Assembly (NCBI GenBank): GCA_039096225.1
Contig: JBBPEB010000007.1
Span: forward strand, 62,001-126,000
Length of the DNA stretch: 64,000 nt
Origin: Blastocystis sp. Blastoise
Lineage: Eukaryota; Protista; Bigyra: Opalinata
Direction: 5' to 3'
Shown: one piece after another, positions 32,268 through 45,724 of the stretch
Layout: each line of letters starts with the position of its first letter
Position numbering within the stretch: the stretch's first letter is position 1
The notes under the pieces: generated by a model
The model's input: only the letters and a program-made list of their open reading frames with translations
What the model was told of the DNA's origin: nothing
Database searches by the model: none
Position numbers and translations under genes: made by a program

Positions 32268-32957
32268 ATAAAAATATGCATATTCCATTTAAGAATATAA
32301 TGTATAATATATATAAATATAAAAGAAATAGCCCCTTCAAAAAGGATATATAAATAATATCAATCGATATATATATAGAGAATAATCAATATATATATAT
32401 TTATGAAGAGAAAAATAGACATAAGAAGAAATAATAAAATAAAACATATTAATTCATGCTATAAACATATATATATAGAAGTATATATGAATATATAAGC
32501 CCTAATAAGGAGAGAGGAATTGATACAAAGAATAGAATAAGCATTAAAAAGTATCTATATAACCGCATGAACACAAGAAGATAGTTAGATATATATATAT
32601 ATCAATAGAAATGAAACTATGAATAAAAATATTAAATAGTATAAAAATAGATATGTATATTTTATTAATATATAAATAATTATATATAACAGTTTTAAAC
32701 ATGAATAAAACGAGTAAAAGCATATATATATATATAATGTTCAACAGAGAATATAATATAAAGAGATAAATAATAAATAATATATATATAGAATAGAAAA
32801 GTTAAAATTTATAAATATTTATATATAACAAAAATATATAAACTATATATAAACAACGCAAAGAATTATATATAAATATATATATATGAGAGTATTATAA
32901 AATAATATATCAGTGAATATAATAAATATAAAGAGAATATAAATGAAATTATAAAAA

Positions 32958-33003
<46 letters not shown>

Positions 33004-33813
33004 CAAATGCAAGTGTAAATAGAGTGAAATATTATTATATTGACCTTCAAAAACAATATTAAAAAGAATATAATATTCTAAAAAATGAATAAATATCTAA
33101 TTATATACATAATATTACATTTTTAAATATATATTCTTCTCAATTACTATTGCATACATATATAAATAAAAATTTTAAAAGTGGAAAAAAATAAAAAATT
33201 AAAAAAAAAAAAAAAAGATATATAAGTAAATAATAAAAATAACGGCAATATAAATAAAAAATTATGAAAATATAAATAAAAAAAAATATATAAAATATAT
33301 TATTTACATTAATATATAAAGTATTATATGTACATATATATATAAAGAATCGGAAATAAAATGTTGAACAGAAATATGTAAAGTAATATATATATATATA
33401 TATATAGAATAGTACAGAATAAAACTGATATAATAATAAATGATTCAACTTGTGACAGATCAAACAAAATAATATATATATAAATATATATATATATATA
33501 TTATTCATTATATACTAATGAAATATAAGAAACATAAAAAAAAGTGGCATATATATAATCTGATATATATATACAAATGTAAATAATGTAAAAAATATAT
33601 AATTTTTAAATTATTATCATTATATACTATATATACTCTTTACATTAATAAATATATAACAAATTATATATAGATAAAATAGAAATTAGAAAAAGCATGT
33701 ATATATAAAGTACAGTAGTAGTAGTAGTAGTAGTAAAATGAATCCTAAAAAAAAAAAAGAAAAATCGACGAAGCATATACAAAGCCATATATATATATAT
33801 ATATATATCCTCT

Positions 33814-34770
33814 TTAATGAGCTCTTAAGGAGATCATTAACGGCATAGGTACACGTGACGGATGTGGAGGACTATAGAGGGATCCGAGAACATAATTCTG
33901 ATGGTGACCTCTATTAGGGAGAGGAGAATCTCTTGAATTAGACTTATCTTTCCTATAACTATTATTCCTATTCATACTATTATTATTATTATTCATATTA
34001 TTATTATTATTCATATTATTATTATTATTCACATTATTATTTGAGTTTTTCTTATTAAAAGACTTTGAAACATTATAATTCTTCGTGTTTTTACCTTTCT
34101 TTGTAGATGATAATGTGTTTGTATCATCAGAAGCAGCACGTGGACGATGTGATGATTGTTCAGATGTACTCAAATCACTAGAACTATTTATCTTTTTATT
34201 AGCATTAGCATTTTTAGCATTATTATTAATATTTAATGAAGACAGTAAAGCAGTAAGGAGAGGAGACGAGGAATCATTTTGATGAACTTGAGTGTTCACA
34301 TGAGTTTTAAAATCGGAATAATGTTGAATACTATCAGTATAAAGTTGATAAGCCTCGAGTAATTTTGAATAAGCATTATTAACATTAGATTTATGTTCGC
34401 AAAATTGTACATAATCATTCTTGGATAATTGTCCATTAGTAAATCTTTCATCATCAAAAGATGGAAGAGGAGGCAAAGAATTAATCGGAACCATAGCAGG
34501 AGCACCAGTAATAGGAAGTGTTACAGAAGTAGGACTTTCTAATTCACAAGGTTTCTCCTTTTCCATAAAAAGAGAATTAAGGTCATGAAAAGAAGAGCTA
34601 TCTAACTTCTTGTTTTGAATAGTATTATTATCTTTTATAGGTGTTAAAATCTTCGAATTGGATTCTTGGCTGTCATTTTCATCTAAAAGGTCTGGAGAAG
34701 CCGATGGGGTCAACAACATTGCCGTTGTGAATAGTACTGGCTTTGTATTATAAGTAGAGTAAGCACTCAT
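33814..34770 (-). CDS. Intronless, largely disordered protein with a C-terminal PNRC/Edc1-like motif
   Basis: 318-aa ATG-started ORF with coding-like composition. C-terminal 'YVLGSLYSPPHPSRVPMP'. Function is inferred only. Confidence 0.65.
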   Translation of the reverse strand: MSAYSTYNTKPVLFTTAMLLTPSASPDLLDENDSQESNSKILTPIKDNNTIQNKKLDSSSFHDLNSLFMEKEKPCELESPTSVTLPITGAPAMVPINSLPPLPSFDDERFTNGQLSKNDYVQFCEHKSNVNNAYSKLLEAYQLYTDSIQHYSDFKTHVNTQVHQNDSSSPLLTALLSSLNINNNAKNANANKKINSSSDLSTSEQSSHRPRAASDDTNTLSSTKKGKNTKNYNVSKSFNKKNSNNNVNNNNNMNNNNNMNNNNNSMNRNNSYRKDKSNSRDSPLPNRGHHQNYVLGSLYSPPHPSRVPMPLMISLRAH

Positions 34771-35974
34771 AGCAAAATTAAAAAGAAAATATTTATGGCT
34801 AAAGAATGGATTTAAAAAAAGACTTCTCCAGAAAACCCGAAATAATCCTGGGAAATCCTTTTTTCAGGAAACAGAAACACATCCATTTCTGGCTTTTTGG
34901 GGCATCAGCATCACTTTCCCGATAGAAAAACTGGCTTTTTTAAGAATTCCAAAACGAAGATTTGTCACATTCACGGTTATTTCTAAGTGTTTCTTCTATC
35001 GAAAATGAAATAAACACGGGATTTCTACGAATCGCTATTTCTACTACATTTACCAATAAAATGAATCACAACTGAAAAACAAGTTCCGATATTAACCAAT
35101 CAAATTGCAATAATGAAACTTTTATTAATTTCATGGGAATCGAATAACGTGCTAAAAATTGTATGCTTTCTTTATTTTTTGCATATGCTTTAGTATTTTG
35201 TTAACAAGAACTTGTCGTCGGTATTTTTTGTTTGTTGCAGAGATACTAGAATATATATAAAACAATCTCATATCAATTCTACATTTTGTTAGCAGATTTA
35301 TTCAGTTTTTCTTCTATTAAATAAGATCTAAGACTTATCAAGTATATATTTATTAATATAGGTAAAATTAAATGATTTTGTAAGGGGATTAATAAAATTA
35401 TTTATATTATTGTTGTTTTACTATATCAACATATCTTAAAGCTGAATTTTTAATTTTATATTTAAAAGTGAAATGAGACATAGTGATATAAAAAGAAATT
35501 TAAATGAAAAAGCAGTCAATTAATGTTGAAATCTGAAAAAATGTATAACGATTTAACTTATTAATAGGTGAGCATCATTCGCTTAAAAGATATAAAAAAT
35601 AATAATAATTAAGCAAAACAAAACTTATGTATTCACAAAACAACATATATAACAACAAAAATAAATATTTAGAAAATAATAAAAACAAAATGAAAAACAA
35701 GCACATATATTGACATGTAACACCTAAAAAATGAAAAGACAATGCATCTATAATTATTATAAAAGTGAATAAAGTATGTCAACAATAAATAAGAAAAAAG
35801 AAAAGATATTGACATATAAGTAAATAACCTATTAAGCTGTTTGAATAGTTATATTAATAAAAATATCACTACTAATGAATTGTGATAAATATTGAATAGG
35901 TAGAGAAAATTTTTATATAATGAATAAATTCAAAATTAGAGAAATATATATAATTTACAATAAAACACTTGATT

Positions 35975-37076
35975 TTAAGATTCTTGAAGGAAATTGAATA
36001 TATCATCATTATTATTTTGATTTGATGAATAATCGATATCTGATTGAGGGAATTGAGAGGGATAATGTAAATTGAATTCAGGAGAGAAGAGCTATATATA
36101 TAGATATAGGAATCAATTATATATTATATAAGATATTGTATCGTCAATATTATAATAAGAATATAATAAAGAATATAGAATGAATATAGAGTATTTATTA
36201 TTATATAAGTATATATAATAATGAAGTTAGAATGATTCAATTTCAATTATTATAATATATAAAGAATACAATATAAATAAAAGAAATATATAATAATATA
36301 ATTATATATATATACTTTGAATTGAAAAGGATCATTAGTGCTATTATTATCATTATTAACTGACATATTAAAATAATCATTAATAGAATTATGATCTTCA
36401 TATCCCGATATTTGTTTTCTTGTTTCATGTTGTTGGTATATACTTTCATGTATTTTAATTTGAGATAGCATCATATCATTATATGAATCAGCTGAATATA
36501 TATTTGATATAGGAGGATCAGATAGAGATGTTATATCATTATATGATGATGATTGTGTTGTATCTGTAGGTATACTAACAGAAGAAGGAAGTATAGCATC
36601 TTTAATGTTTGTTTTATCAAGAAGAGATGATGGATTGAGAGGAAGAATAGGAGTAGAAGTAGAAGTAGAAGTAGAAGATATTGTTTGTTTGGAAGATAAA
36701 GAAGGAATACATGTACTATTAATTGTATTATTAGTATCAGTTATAGTATTATTCTTGTTATTATTAGCAGTAGTAGTAGTTGTTGTTGTTGTTGTTATTG
36801 TTGTATTAGTATTATTATTAGCATTATTATTATTATTAGCATTATTATTATTATTAGAATTATTATTATTATTAACATTATTATTATTATTAACATTATT
36901 ATTATTAGCATTATTATTATTATTAGAATTATTATTGTTATTAACATTATTATTATTATTAACATTATTATTATTACTAATATTATTACTATTATTAATA
37001 ATATTATTATTAACTGTATTACTATTACTATTATTACTATTACTATTATTACTATTATTACTATTATTACTATTAC

Positions 37077-37120
<44 letters not shown>

Positions 37121-39646
37121 GGAATATCATTTGAAATAGAATCATTATAATTATTGTTATTTTTAGTATTATAATTCTTATTAGTTCTGCTATCAGAAGA
37201 ATAAGATATAGAATGTGTGAAAAGAGAGGGAGTAGAAGAAGAGGAAGAATATAAAAAAGGATTATTATTTCCATTCATATTGTTCTGCATTGATATAGAA
37301 GAAGTAGATGAAGAATAAGGATAAGAATATTGTTTATTTAAAGACATCTGATTGGATGATGGATATATAGAATTCGATGAAAACATATTTTCATTGAAAT
37401 TATATAGAGGAGTATTCATATTTGAATTCATATTTGTACTATTTACAGAATAACTCATCGAACGATTTAATAATGTTGGATTATATGGATTTGAATCCAT
37501 TTCTTGTTTTACAAATATATTCGAATTCTGTGGATTTGATTGGATGGTTGTACAATACATGTTTTGCATTTGATTATTTGAATCTCTCTTATATATAGGA
37601 TGAGATATATTATTATCAATAGGTCCTTTAATAATATTCATATCTCGAGTATAAGGATTATAAAGAGAAGAAGAAGAAGAAGAAGATACATAAGGATATA
37701 CTTCAGAAGGATTCATCTTTGTTGTAGGTATTGTTGAACCTATATTTTCATTCGAATTCCCGCGATTATAGGCATTTTTAGTGGTGTTATCCGTATATAC
37801 TACATTAGTTGATGTATCATTTTGTATATTTCGAGTAGAAACAGGAATAGAGGGAGTTTGTATGTCTTTAGAAGGTGAATCTAATGAAGGTATAGAAGGA
37901 GATAGAGAAGTTGTAAGAGGAGAAAGAGATGAAGGAAGAGTTGATGATGAAATATCCTTTAGAGGAATATTCGTATTCCCGTGGGAATGTATAGAAGAGG
38001 AACTAGAATTATTTTCTTGTATTATAGTAGATACATTATTATTATTATTTTGTTTATTATTATTATCATTATTATTATTATTATTAATAGTTGGAGGTAG
38101 AAGATATAAATCTTGTGAGTTCTCGGTTATAGCCGCCTTTTCACTAGATGTATTCGCATACGGGGGAGGGGAATAAGAATATGAACAAACACTCAACGAA
38201 GGACTATATATATAGATAAATATATATAAATATATATACTTTTGTTCATTTGAATATAATGTGTTATTCGTATTCTATATATATATAAAATATAATAAAT
38301 ATATAATAATATAATCATAAAAGAAACTATATATATAGAATATATATTTTTATATATAAAAGAAACTCAACATATGAAAGAGAGTTATATATATATATAT
38401 ATATACTGAATAGACTGAATAGTCTTGGAAGGTTGAGGGTTCCGGGAGACTATATACACAGGGTTCAGGAGCAAATGGATATACACCAAATCGAGTTAAT
38501 TGAGAAGTATCTCTCTCATTAGACTAGAAGAGAAGTAACATTAACGTATATATAATAGATATATAATTGATATATAATAGATATATATATATATATATAA
38601 ACAAATTAGAACAAAAAAAAATATGATTATTTATATTATTATTATATATAACTAATATAATATATTCATAATATTTTATAATATCAATCAATTATAATGA
38701 AAATAAAATGTATTAATATATATATATATATATTTATATATATACTTGTTTTTGTTGAATTTGGAACATTTTACTACTTCGATCAAAATAATGAAGAAAT
38801 TCTGAGCGACCTTTCTGTACATTCAATCGATATTTCTATATATATATATATATATATACATTATAAATAATTATCACAAATATTTATAATATTGATATAT
38901 ATATCATATATCATAAAATAAAAAAAAAAATAGAAAAATATTTAAAAACAAAACATAAAAAATATATTTAAAAAGAATAAAAAATAAAATAAAAAGAATG
39001 CAAGAATATACTTGAAGATGTGATTTAATATTATCAGCTGTCATTTCATCAGAACAACCATCAAGTAACTGTGTTAATATTTTTGGAGTTACTTCTATAT
39101 ATACAATAGGATATTCTTATATATATCATCAAATATATTAATACAAATAGTTATATACCTTTAAGTCCATAATCAAATATTGCAGCTACAAATTTACGAT
39201 GTAACTCATCACTCCACAAAAAACGCTTTCGTTTCTATATTAAAATGATACATTCATAACGTAATATTTATAATAATAATTCAAAAATAAAATAAAATAA
39301 TCAATGTAATATAATCAAAAAATTTACTTTCTTCCCAATTTTCTCAGTATCATTTAATATAGAGCCCTTCCTTTTTTTAGACTAATAAATAAGTATATCT
39401 TTAAATAAACAATGAGATACATTTAATTCATCTTTAGGAGACTCTGGTGATGAAGGAGTATATGGAAAATCTTTGAAAGCATCTAAATTCATATAAAAAC
39501 ATACTAAAAAAAGATAATTTTATCAATATACCAATATCACTGTCCATATTTTGTGGTACTGCAGGTGTACTTGATGTTCCTAATTGAGTTAATATGGAGC
39601 CAATGGTATTCATATCGACATAACTAATATCTCTTGACGAACTCAT
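35975..39646 (-). CDS. GARP/SHAQKYF-class Myb-like transcription factor with a long Asn/Ser-rich region, multi-exon
   Basis: Spliced 'KRKRFLWSDELHRKFVAAIFDYGLK|EVTPKIL...NIKSHLQ|KYRL'. Confidence 0.9.
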
Positions 39647-40791
39647 CTTTGTATAATATTCAAGCTATTTTCAAACGATAAAAATGAATAAATAAAGCTG
39701 ATCTATGAAACATAATGATGTGAATACGTAGAAAATGGAAAAAAATACTTTATAATGTTGTTTTTATAATATTTATCTATAGAGAAAGAAGTGAGATGAC
39801 TTATTTCTTATTTCGTATATAATATAAAAATAGAGATGGGCAAAAGTAGCTACAAGTTTTGTGGCTACTTGTAGCTACTTTGTAGCTGAAAACAGCTACC
39901 CAAAGTAGCTACAAATTTTCATGATTTTTTCACGGGAGAAAAAAGTGGTTTTTTTGTGTATGATAGATATTATCTCATGAATATGTTGAAGTTATAATAT
40001 AAAGAGGAAAGCATTTTATATGTCATACGTAGCCTATTTGAAGTGAAAGAATCTAAAAAAATAAGTTAGTCTTAACGATATTCAGAATTACAATTGGTAA
40101 ATCAGAACAACGTTGAATATTGATGATTTAATTGATGGTATAAATGTAAATGTTGTAGATAACCACAGTAATGTATATTAAATCCTTAAAAAGTATTTAT
40201 AATAAATTGTTATTCTTCAATTACATGTCATTCTAGTGAGATACCACCAAAAACATATCATGAAATGTTGTGATAACTACATTGAAACTATTAAGCCACT
40301 TTATATCATAAAATAATAACACTTTCTATAATAAAAATATAATATTTCGTTATCGCATAGAATTTAATTATTTTTCTTATTAAACGTGGTATTTAAAGCA
40401 AGTAGATTATTTTTAGTATATTATTTTAAATATTAACATGGTAATGTCACAGTTTGGAAATCATAAAACAATTTTCCTGGTGGTGAGTACAATTACATGT
40501 AGATTATATAGAATAATATGTACACAAATAATTCAAATTATCTTTTTTGAACAAATAAATAAATGAATATACACAAGAACATCACTTTTAAGCAATAAGA
40601 ACGATTAGAACGATGATCATAATGGAAATGAATATTTATTTAAAAAATAGCATCTTACTTTCAGTAATAGAAATTAAAAGACAATTTTTTAAATATACAA
40701 GACAAATTGAGATATTCTTTATACGAGAAATCACTAAATAAAATTACTACAAATGCATTTATTTTAATTACTTTACAATATATACATATTA

Positions 40792-42897
40792 CAGTCCTAA
40801 TAAAATTTTTTTGGACTTGAATAAAATTCTTGTTCGAAAAAATATTTATGGTTTTTTATAATAAAATTAGTTTTAGTACGATTATATTTACGATTCAAAA
40901 TAATAAAATTTAATTGAGGATAATATAATTCTTGTTTTACTTTATTTTTTAAATAAGCTCTTACAACTATTAGATTTATTTTCAATGAGTGGTTCAAACG
41001 ATGACCAGCAGGGTGAAACACCTCTTTCAACTTCAACCCTTTTTCAATATAGAGATTCCCTTAATCAAGTTGTTGATGTACCACGTAGAGGAAGAGGAAG
41101 ACCACGCAAAGACGAGCAATGGCAAAACGAACAAAGAAGGAGTTACAAAAAAACTTCCATCAGTGATGATGTCAAGAAAGAGTTCCAAAGACTCTTTACA
41201 ATTCACGGATTCAAGCGAACTGCTAAGGATTATGCTTTAATGCTACCGATTACGGAAGACTGTGCAAAAAGATTTATGAAAAAAATGGTCAACGGAGAAT
41301 CACTTATCAATGAAAAAAAGAAAACAGGTCCTAAGGTCATAATCACAAGACAGATGTCAATACGTATCAAAAACATGTTTTTCATCAATCCAAAGTTTCA
41401 TGTCAAGGATGTTGTTTTAGTTTTATCCAACCCAAATCCTTCTGAAGCTGATGTTCTTAGTGACGATTCATATGATGTCACCGAAGAAAAAAGAAAAGCT
41501 ATGATTGAGGAGGTTGATAGATTAAGACAAGATTCCACAATCACTCCAATATGCAGCTCTTCAACTGTTCAAAAGCATATGCATAGTACGTTAATGTGTG
41601 AGCATATTGGCAAAACTTTTTCCGTTACACGACTCTACCCTCGAGGAAAAGCATCTAATAGTGATGAAAATAAGAAACTTAGAATTGAAGTTTTTAAAGA
41701 AGTATTCAGAATAAAACAACGTGGTACTTGTATCGTTTATTTAGATGAGGTTCATTGGGGTTTTAACAATTATGCTCAAAAAGGATGGGGATTTAAAAAT
41801 CAAAAAATTTATTATCATACAGTTTCCAAACGTTTACCAGTTACTGCTATCGCTACAATATCTTCAAATGGAAATGGATATGCAGAAATCTTTGGATGCT
41901 CTGTTAATGGAGCTATTTTTCTAGAGTTTTTTGAAAAATGTATTAAAGAATACAAAAAAACAGAAAATGATTTGTGTTTCTACATGGATAATGCTCCAAT
42001 TCACATAGAACAACTCTTAGAAATTGCCGAAAGATATGGTGTTAAAGTAATTTTTGGTCCTCCGTACACTCCAGAAATGAATCCTATTGAACATATTTTC
42101 TCTATTTGGAAAAGTAGAGTCGAAAGTAGCATTATTTCATGGATTAATCTTGAAAACTTTTATCAAAAACTTGAAGATGTGTGGAATAAATTATCCAGAA
42201 ATGAAATAAGACGTTGTATTGAACATACAAATACTATTACTTTTTCCAAAGTTATGGATAAACATGATCTTTAAAAAATTAATTAAAACATTCTTATATT
42301 TGGGTTTGTTTTTTGATTATTATTCTTTTTTATTTTGTAATAGAACATTATCTAATTAATTGTAATTTTCTATTCCACGAATATTTTTGTAAGTAAAGAA
42401 TTCATAATTATGTTTTGTTTTTATTTAACTTTTCATCCTCAGCAAGTATTAAATAAAATAAATACATTAGACAATGATGGCTTAAAAGCGAGTTTAGTTT
42501 TATTATAGCCGAATTATAAAATTTAGTAAAAACTTTTTAATATTTTTTGCTGAATAGAATAGAAACCATAAATACATCTTATATCAATTCAAAATAATCT
42601 GAATCTCTTTCTTTATGTAGATCAATAAGCAATCATTATATTGACCCAATATTTTAAAGAAAATAATGCCTTTAGCCCTTGTTCGTGTATTATTTAGAAT
42701 GCAGAAAAGTCATTTTTAAGTTCAAAATATCCTTATTTAAAAAATAAAGTAAAACAAGAATTATATTATCCTCAATTAAATTTTATTATTTTGAATCGTA
42801 AATATAATCGTACTAAAACTAATTTTATTATAAAAAACCATAAATATTTTTTCGAACAAGAATTTTATTCAAGTCCAAAAAAATTTTATTAGGACTG
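40792..42897 (+). mobile_element. IS630/Tc1/mariner DNA transposon, 2106 bp, apparently intact
   Basis: 166-bp TIRs at 40792-40957 and 42732-42897, starting CAGTCC and matching by eye. TA on both flanks. Single transposase ORF. Confidence 0.95.
40985..42274 (+). CDS. IS630/Tc1-like DDE transposase (429 aa) with N-terminal AT-hook
   Basis: 'VYLDEVH', 'FYMDNAPIH', 'PPYTPEMNPIEHIFSIWK'; 'RRGRGRPRK'. Confidence 0.95.
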   Translation: MSGSNDDQQGETPLSTSTLFQYRDSLNQVVDVPRRGRGRPRKDEQWQNEQRRSYKKTSISDDVKKEFQRLFTIHGFKRTAKDYALMLPITEDCAKRFMKKMVNGESLINEKKKTGPKVIITRQMSIRIKNMFFINPKFHVKDVVLVLSNPNPSEADVLSDDSYDVTEEKRKAMIEEVDRLRQDSTITPICSSSTVQKHMHSTLMCEHIGKTFSVTRLYPRGKASNSDENKKLRIEVFKEVFRIKQRGTCIVYLDEVHWGFNNYAQKGWGFKNQKIYYHTVSKRLPVTAIATISSNGNGYAEIFGCSVNGAIFLEFFEKCIKEYKKTENDLCFYMDNAPIHIEQLLEIAERYGVKVIFGPPYTPEMNPIEHIFSIWKSRVESSIISWINLENFYQKLEDVWNKLSRNEIRRCIEHTNTITFSKVMDKHDL

Positions 42898-43813
42898 TAC
42901 TTTGTTCTGTTACCTATGATCGTCTTATTTTGAGTTATATTTGTTCTCTAAATGGAAAAGTGTTCCATTTAAGTGTCATTTGATACGATTATATTTGTAG
43001 TTTATTATCTTTTTCCACATTAAAAGTCATTTGTGATCAATAACGGTAGAATATAGCATGGAATACGTAAAACATAGGAAGCTATTCAAATTAGCCACAT
43101 GTATAATCCTTTATTATATATCTGACATTGGTAAGCACAAGTCTGATATAATAATAATGATGTTTTAATTTATAATAGAATACTACTAAAGTAAATGTTG
43201 ACGAATTATTATGTCCAATTATCAAAATTTTATACTGGAAGTGTGAGAAATAATATAATGAATGTAAAAATATATTAAAACTATTTAAAAAATATGTCCT
43301 GGCTATTTGGAACAAGAATAAAAATTTTGCAAATACTTTTTTTGAAAAAAGAAACTCCATGTACCTTGCCCATCTCTATATAAAAATAAAGAAACGACAA
43401 AATGTCAAGATTCAAAATGACTAAATGAAAAAAACGAAAAATTTTATATTGAAACAATAAATGCCTCATATATGGTGCATCCAATAGATTTTCCTCTTAT
43501 GATAATACTATTGGCGAAAAGATGAAGTTGTTTTCATATTATTTCCTATTAAGCCATTGGCAGTCTTCTCTCTAAATTAATCTGGAAAAGTGTTAAGCAA
43601 TTGCCTTATTTATTAATAACAGATGATACTTTTATTAACTTGTTTTTCGAAAGATTAGAATTCTTTTTGAAGGTTTGTGAACAATCAATATATATATTTA
43701 TTGTGAACTGGGATATGTTTCATACAACAAAAAGAATAAAACAACCAAAAACAAAATACAAAACGTAATTAATTACTTTATAAGCCAGTAAAGATCATTT
43801 TTTATATAATATT

Positions 43814-44488
43814 TTATTGATTTTCATATAATATATCCTCGTTGGTGATTTGAGTTTTGTGACATTCGTATTTATCGTCACTTAGCATTTTTCCCATTCT
43901 TTGAAGTTGCCAAGGAATGTCACTATTAATAATATCTTGACACCAAGATGGAATACTGCCACCTAATTCTATTTGAGTTACTAACGTAGCTTTACATCCC
44001 TTTCTTTGCGGCAAATTCTCAAAAATATATGCTGATAGCATAGATCCTTTCACTTTTCTTTTCGGTATTGGATATTTCTCATTTGTAACATCCCACCAGC
44101 AAACGATATATTTTCCCTCATCTAATACTTTCCAGTAACGATATGTCATAAAATAACGTCCAGATATCATCAATAAACCTCGATAATACAAACATACAAC
44201 AGAAAGATGATTCGACAGTGTCTCAAGGACTTCTTCCTTTTCAATAAATTGATCTAAATGTTTCGTAATCTCATCATCACACGCATGGGTAATCATCGTT
44301 TCAGCTGAAACAGCAGTTTCACATATTGATACTGACATCTTCTTATTATTTTCAGTTCGTGTATAGAGCTTAAAATCATCTGAATTCAATTTTTCTAGCC
44401 AATCACTTGAAGGAATAGATTGAACAATTGAAAAGACATTTTCTATTATTTCCTCTGATTCTCTTGTTAATTCATTCAACTCTTGCAT
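43814..44488 (-). CDS. START/SRPBCC lipid-binding domain protein, intronless
   Basis: 'W....D....VLE......V.YR....ISGRYF...R', 'KVKG', 'IELGGSIPSW'. Confidence 0.8.
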   Translation of the reverse strand: MQELNELTRESEEIIENVFSIVQSIPSSDWLEKLNSDDFKLYTRTENNKKMSVSICETAVSAETMITHACDDEITKHLDQFIEKEEVLETLSNHLSVVCLYYRGLLMISGRYFMTYRYWKVLDEGKYIVCWWDVTNEKYPIPKRKVKGSMLSAYIFENLPQRKGCKATLVTQIELGGSIPSWCQDIINSDIPWQLQRMGKMLSDDKYECHKTQITNEDILYENQ

Positions 44489-44601
44489 ATTTATTTATTA
44501 TACATATGGTAACAAAACATCATCGCTAATCTGTACAACCGGATCCTTTATAAAAATTATCTTCGTGTGTACTGGAGAACTTCAAAAAAAGTCAAAAATA
44601 T

Positions 44602-44675
44602 TGCTCACAACCGGGATCGAACCGGCGACCCCCGCGTTATTAGCACGGTGCTCTGACCGACTGAGCTATGCGAGC
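44602..44675 (-). tRNA. tRNA-Ile (anticodon AAT)
   Basis: Reverse complement GCTCGCATAGCTCAGTCGGTCAGAGCACCGTGCT-AAT-AACGCGGGGGTCGCCGGTTCGATCCCGGTTGTGAGCA folds as a cloverleaf and is followed by T-runs (Pol III terminator). Confidence 0.96.
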
Positions 44676-45724
44676 TTGTACTTTTAATTCTTAGTTATTT
44701 ATATCAGATTATTTTACAATAAAATGAAAACATATTTATAAATGCTTATTTTTGTGTAAATATATTCTTATTACTTTTTATTAATGAATGAATAAGTAAT
44801 AAGAATAGATTTTGTAAATATGAGAGTATGTTGTGCATTTTTAATAATTAAATGAGTCCTAGATATAAATAAAATTGACTTATATAAGAAGCAAATGTCA
44901 TTCAGTCAATAATATTCGTTTTTATTCTATTTTATATGAAAAAAATAGTGATGAATTTTTAAAAATCGATAAGTCATTGATTTCATAAAAATTTATAATA
45001 TGTTTTTTGTTTGTTTTTCACCTATTTAATACTTTTATTCTATTTACAAAGATAGCATTATGATTATCACTATAATATATCAATATATATGTTACAATTT
45101 ATTCATGTGTATTTGTATTATACATTCATCAGTATATAATCAATTCATTTTTATTTATAAAAAGTGATAAAGGAATTGAATATAGGATTATTTTCTGAGA
45201 CCATATGAAATGATTTGATGATCTAAACATTTCAATGAAATCTTTTTTCCTGAATGTCATTGATTTCATCATATGTGATAATATTACATGAGAACTAAAA
45301 TGTTCATAATAAGATTACTATTTTATTAAAAAATAAAATAAAATAACAAAACAATTATATAAAAAATGAGACACGATTGGTTCATAGGGAAAAAAAAGTA
45401 TCGTTAAAACAAATTGAACAGATTCTCGATGAACAAATTACATAAGAATTACGAAAAGTGAATATATAAAAAATAATAAAAATATATAATGTTTGTACAT
45501 AACAAGAGTTCTATTTCAATATACAAAACAAGTATAACGAGAGAAGAAACAGAATAAAATAGAAGAATAAATTAGAACCATAGATTGAAGGAACCAAGTA
45601 TTCTCATAAGAAAATCAAATAAGTATATAACAATAATATATATATAATTTTATAATAAATAATAAAAATAAAAATTGAAATGAAGGATCTATAATGAATA
45701 GATATACATATAGAGGAAGATAGT

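Larger units (their letters stand above)
39831..43378. mobile_element. hAT-type DNA transposon (non-autonomous or decayed), interrupted by a nested Tc1/IS630 element
   Basis: 13-bp TIRs TAGAGATGGGCAA (39831-39843) and TTGCCCATCTCTA (43366-43378). Identical 8-bp TSD TATAAAAA on both sides. Subterminal GTAGCTAC-type repeats at 39846-39912. Confidence 0.88.

Noticed and set aside
42275-42731. Possible Fanzor/TnpB cargo or guide RNA in the transposon 3' region
   Set aside because: No ORF of 60 aa or more and no RuvC motifs. I see no convincing structured RNA.
43814-44675. Functional link between tRNA-Ile, the START gene and the nearby transposons
   Set aside because: The tRNA has its own T-run terminator and is over 1.2 kb from the hAT end. 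Proximity is expected in a compact genome.
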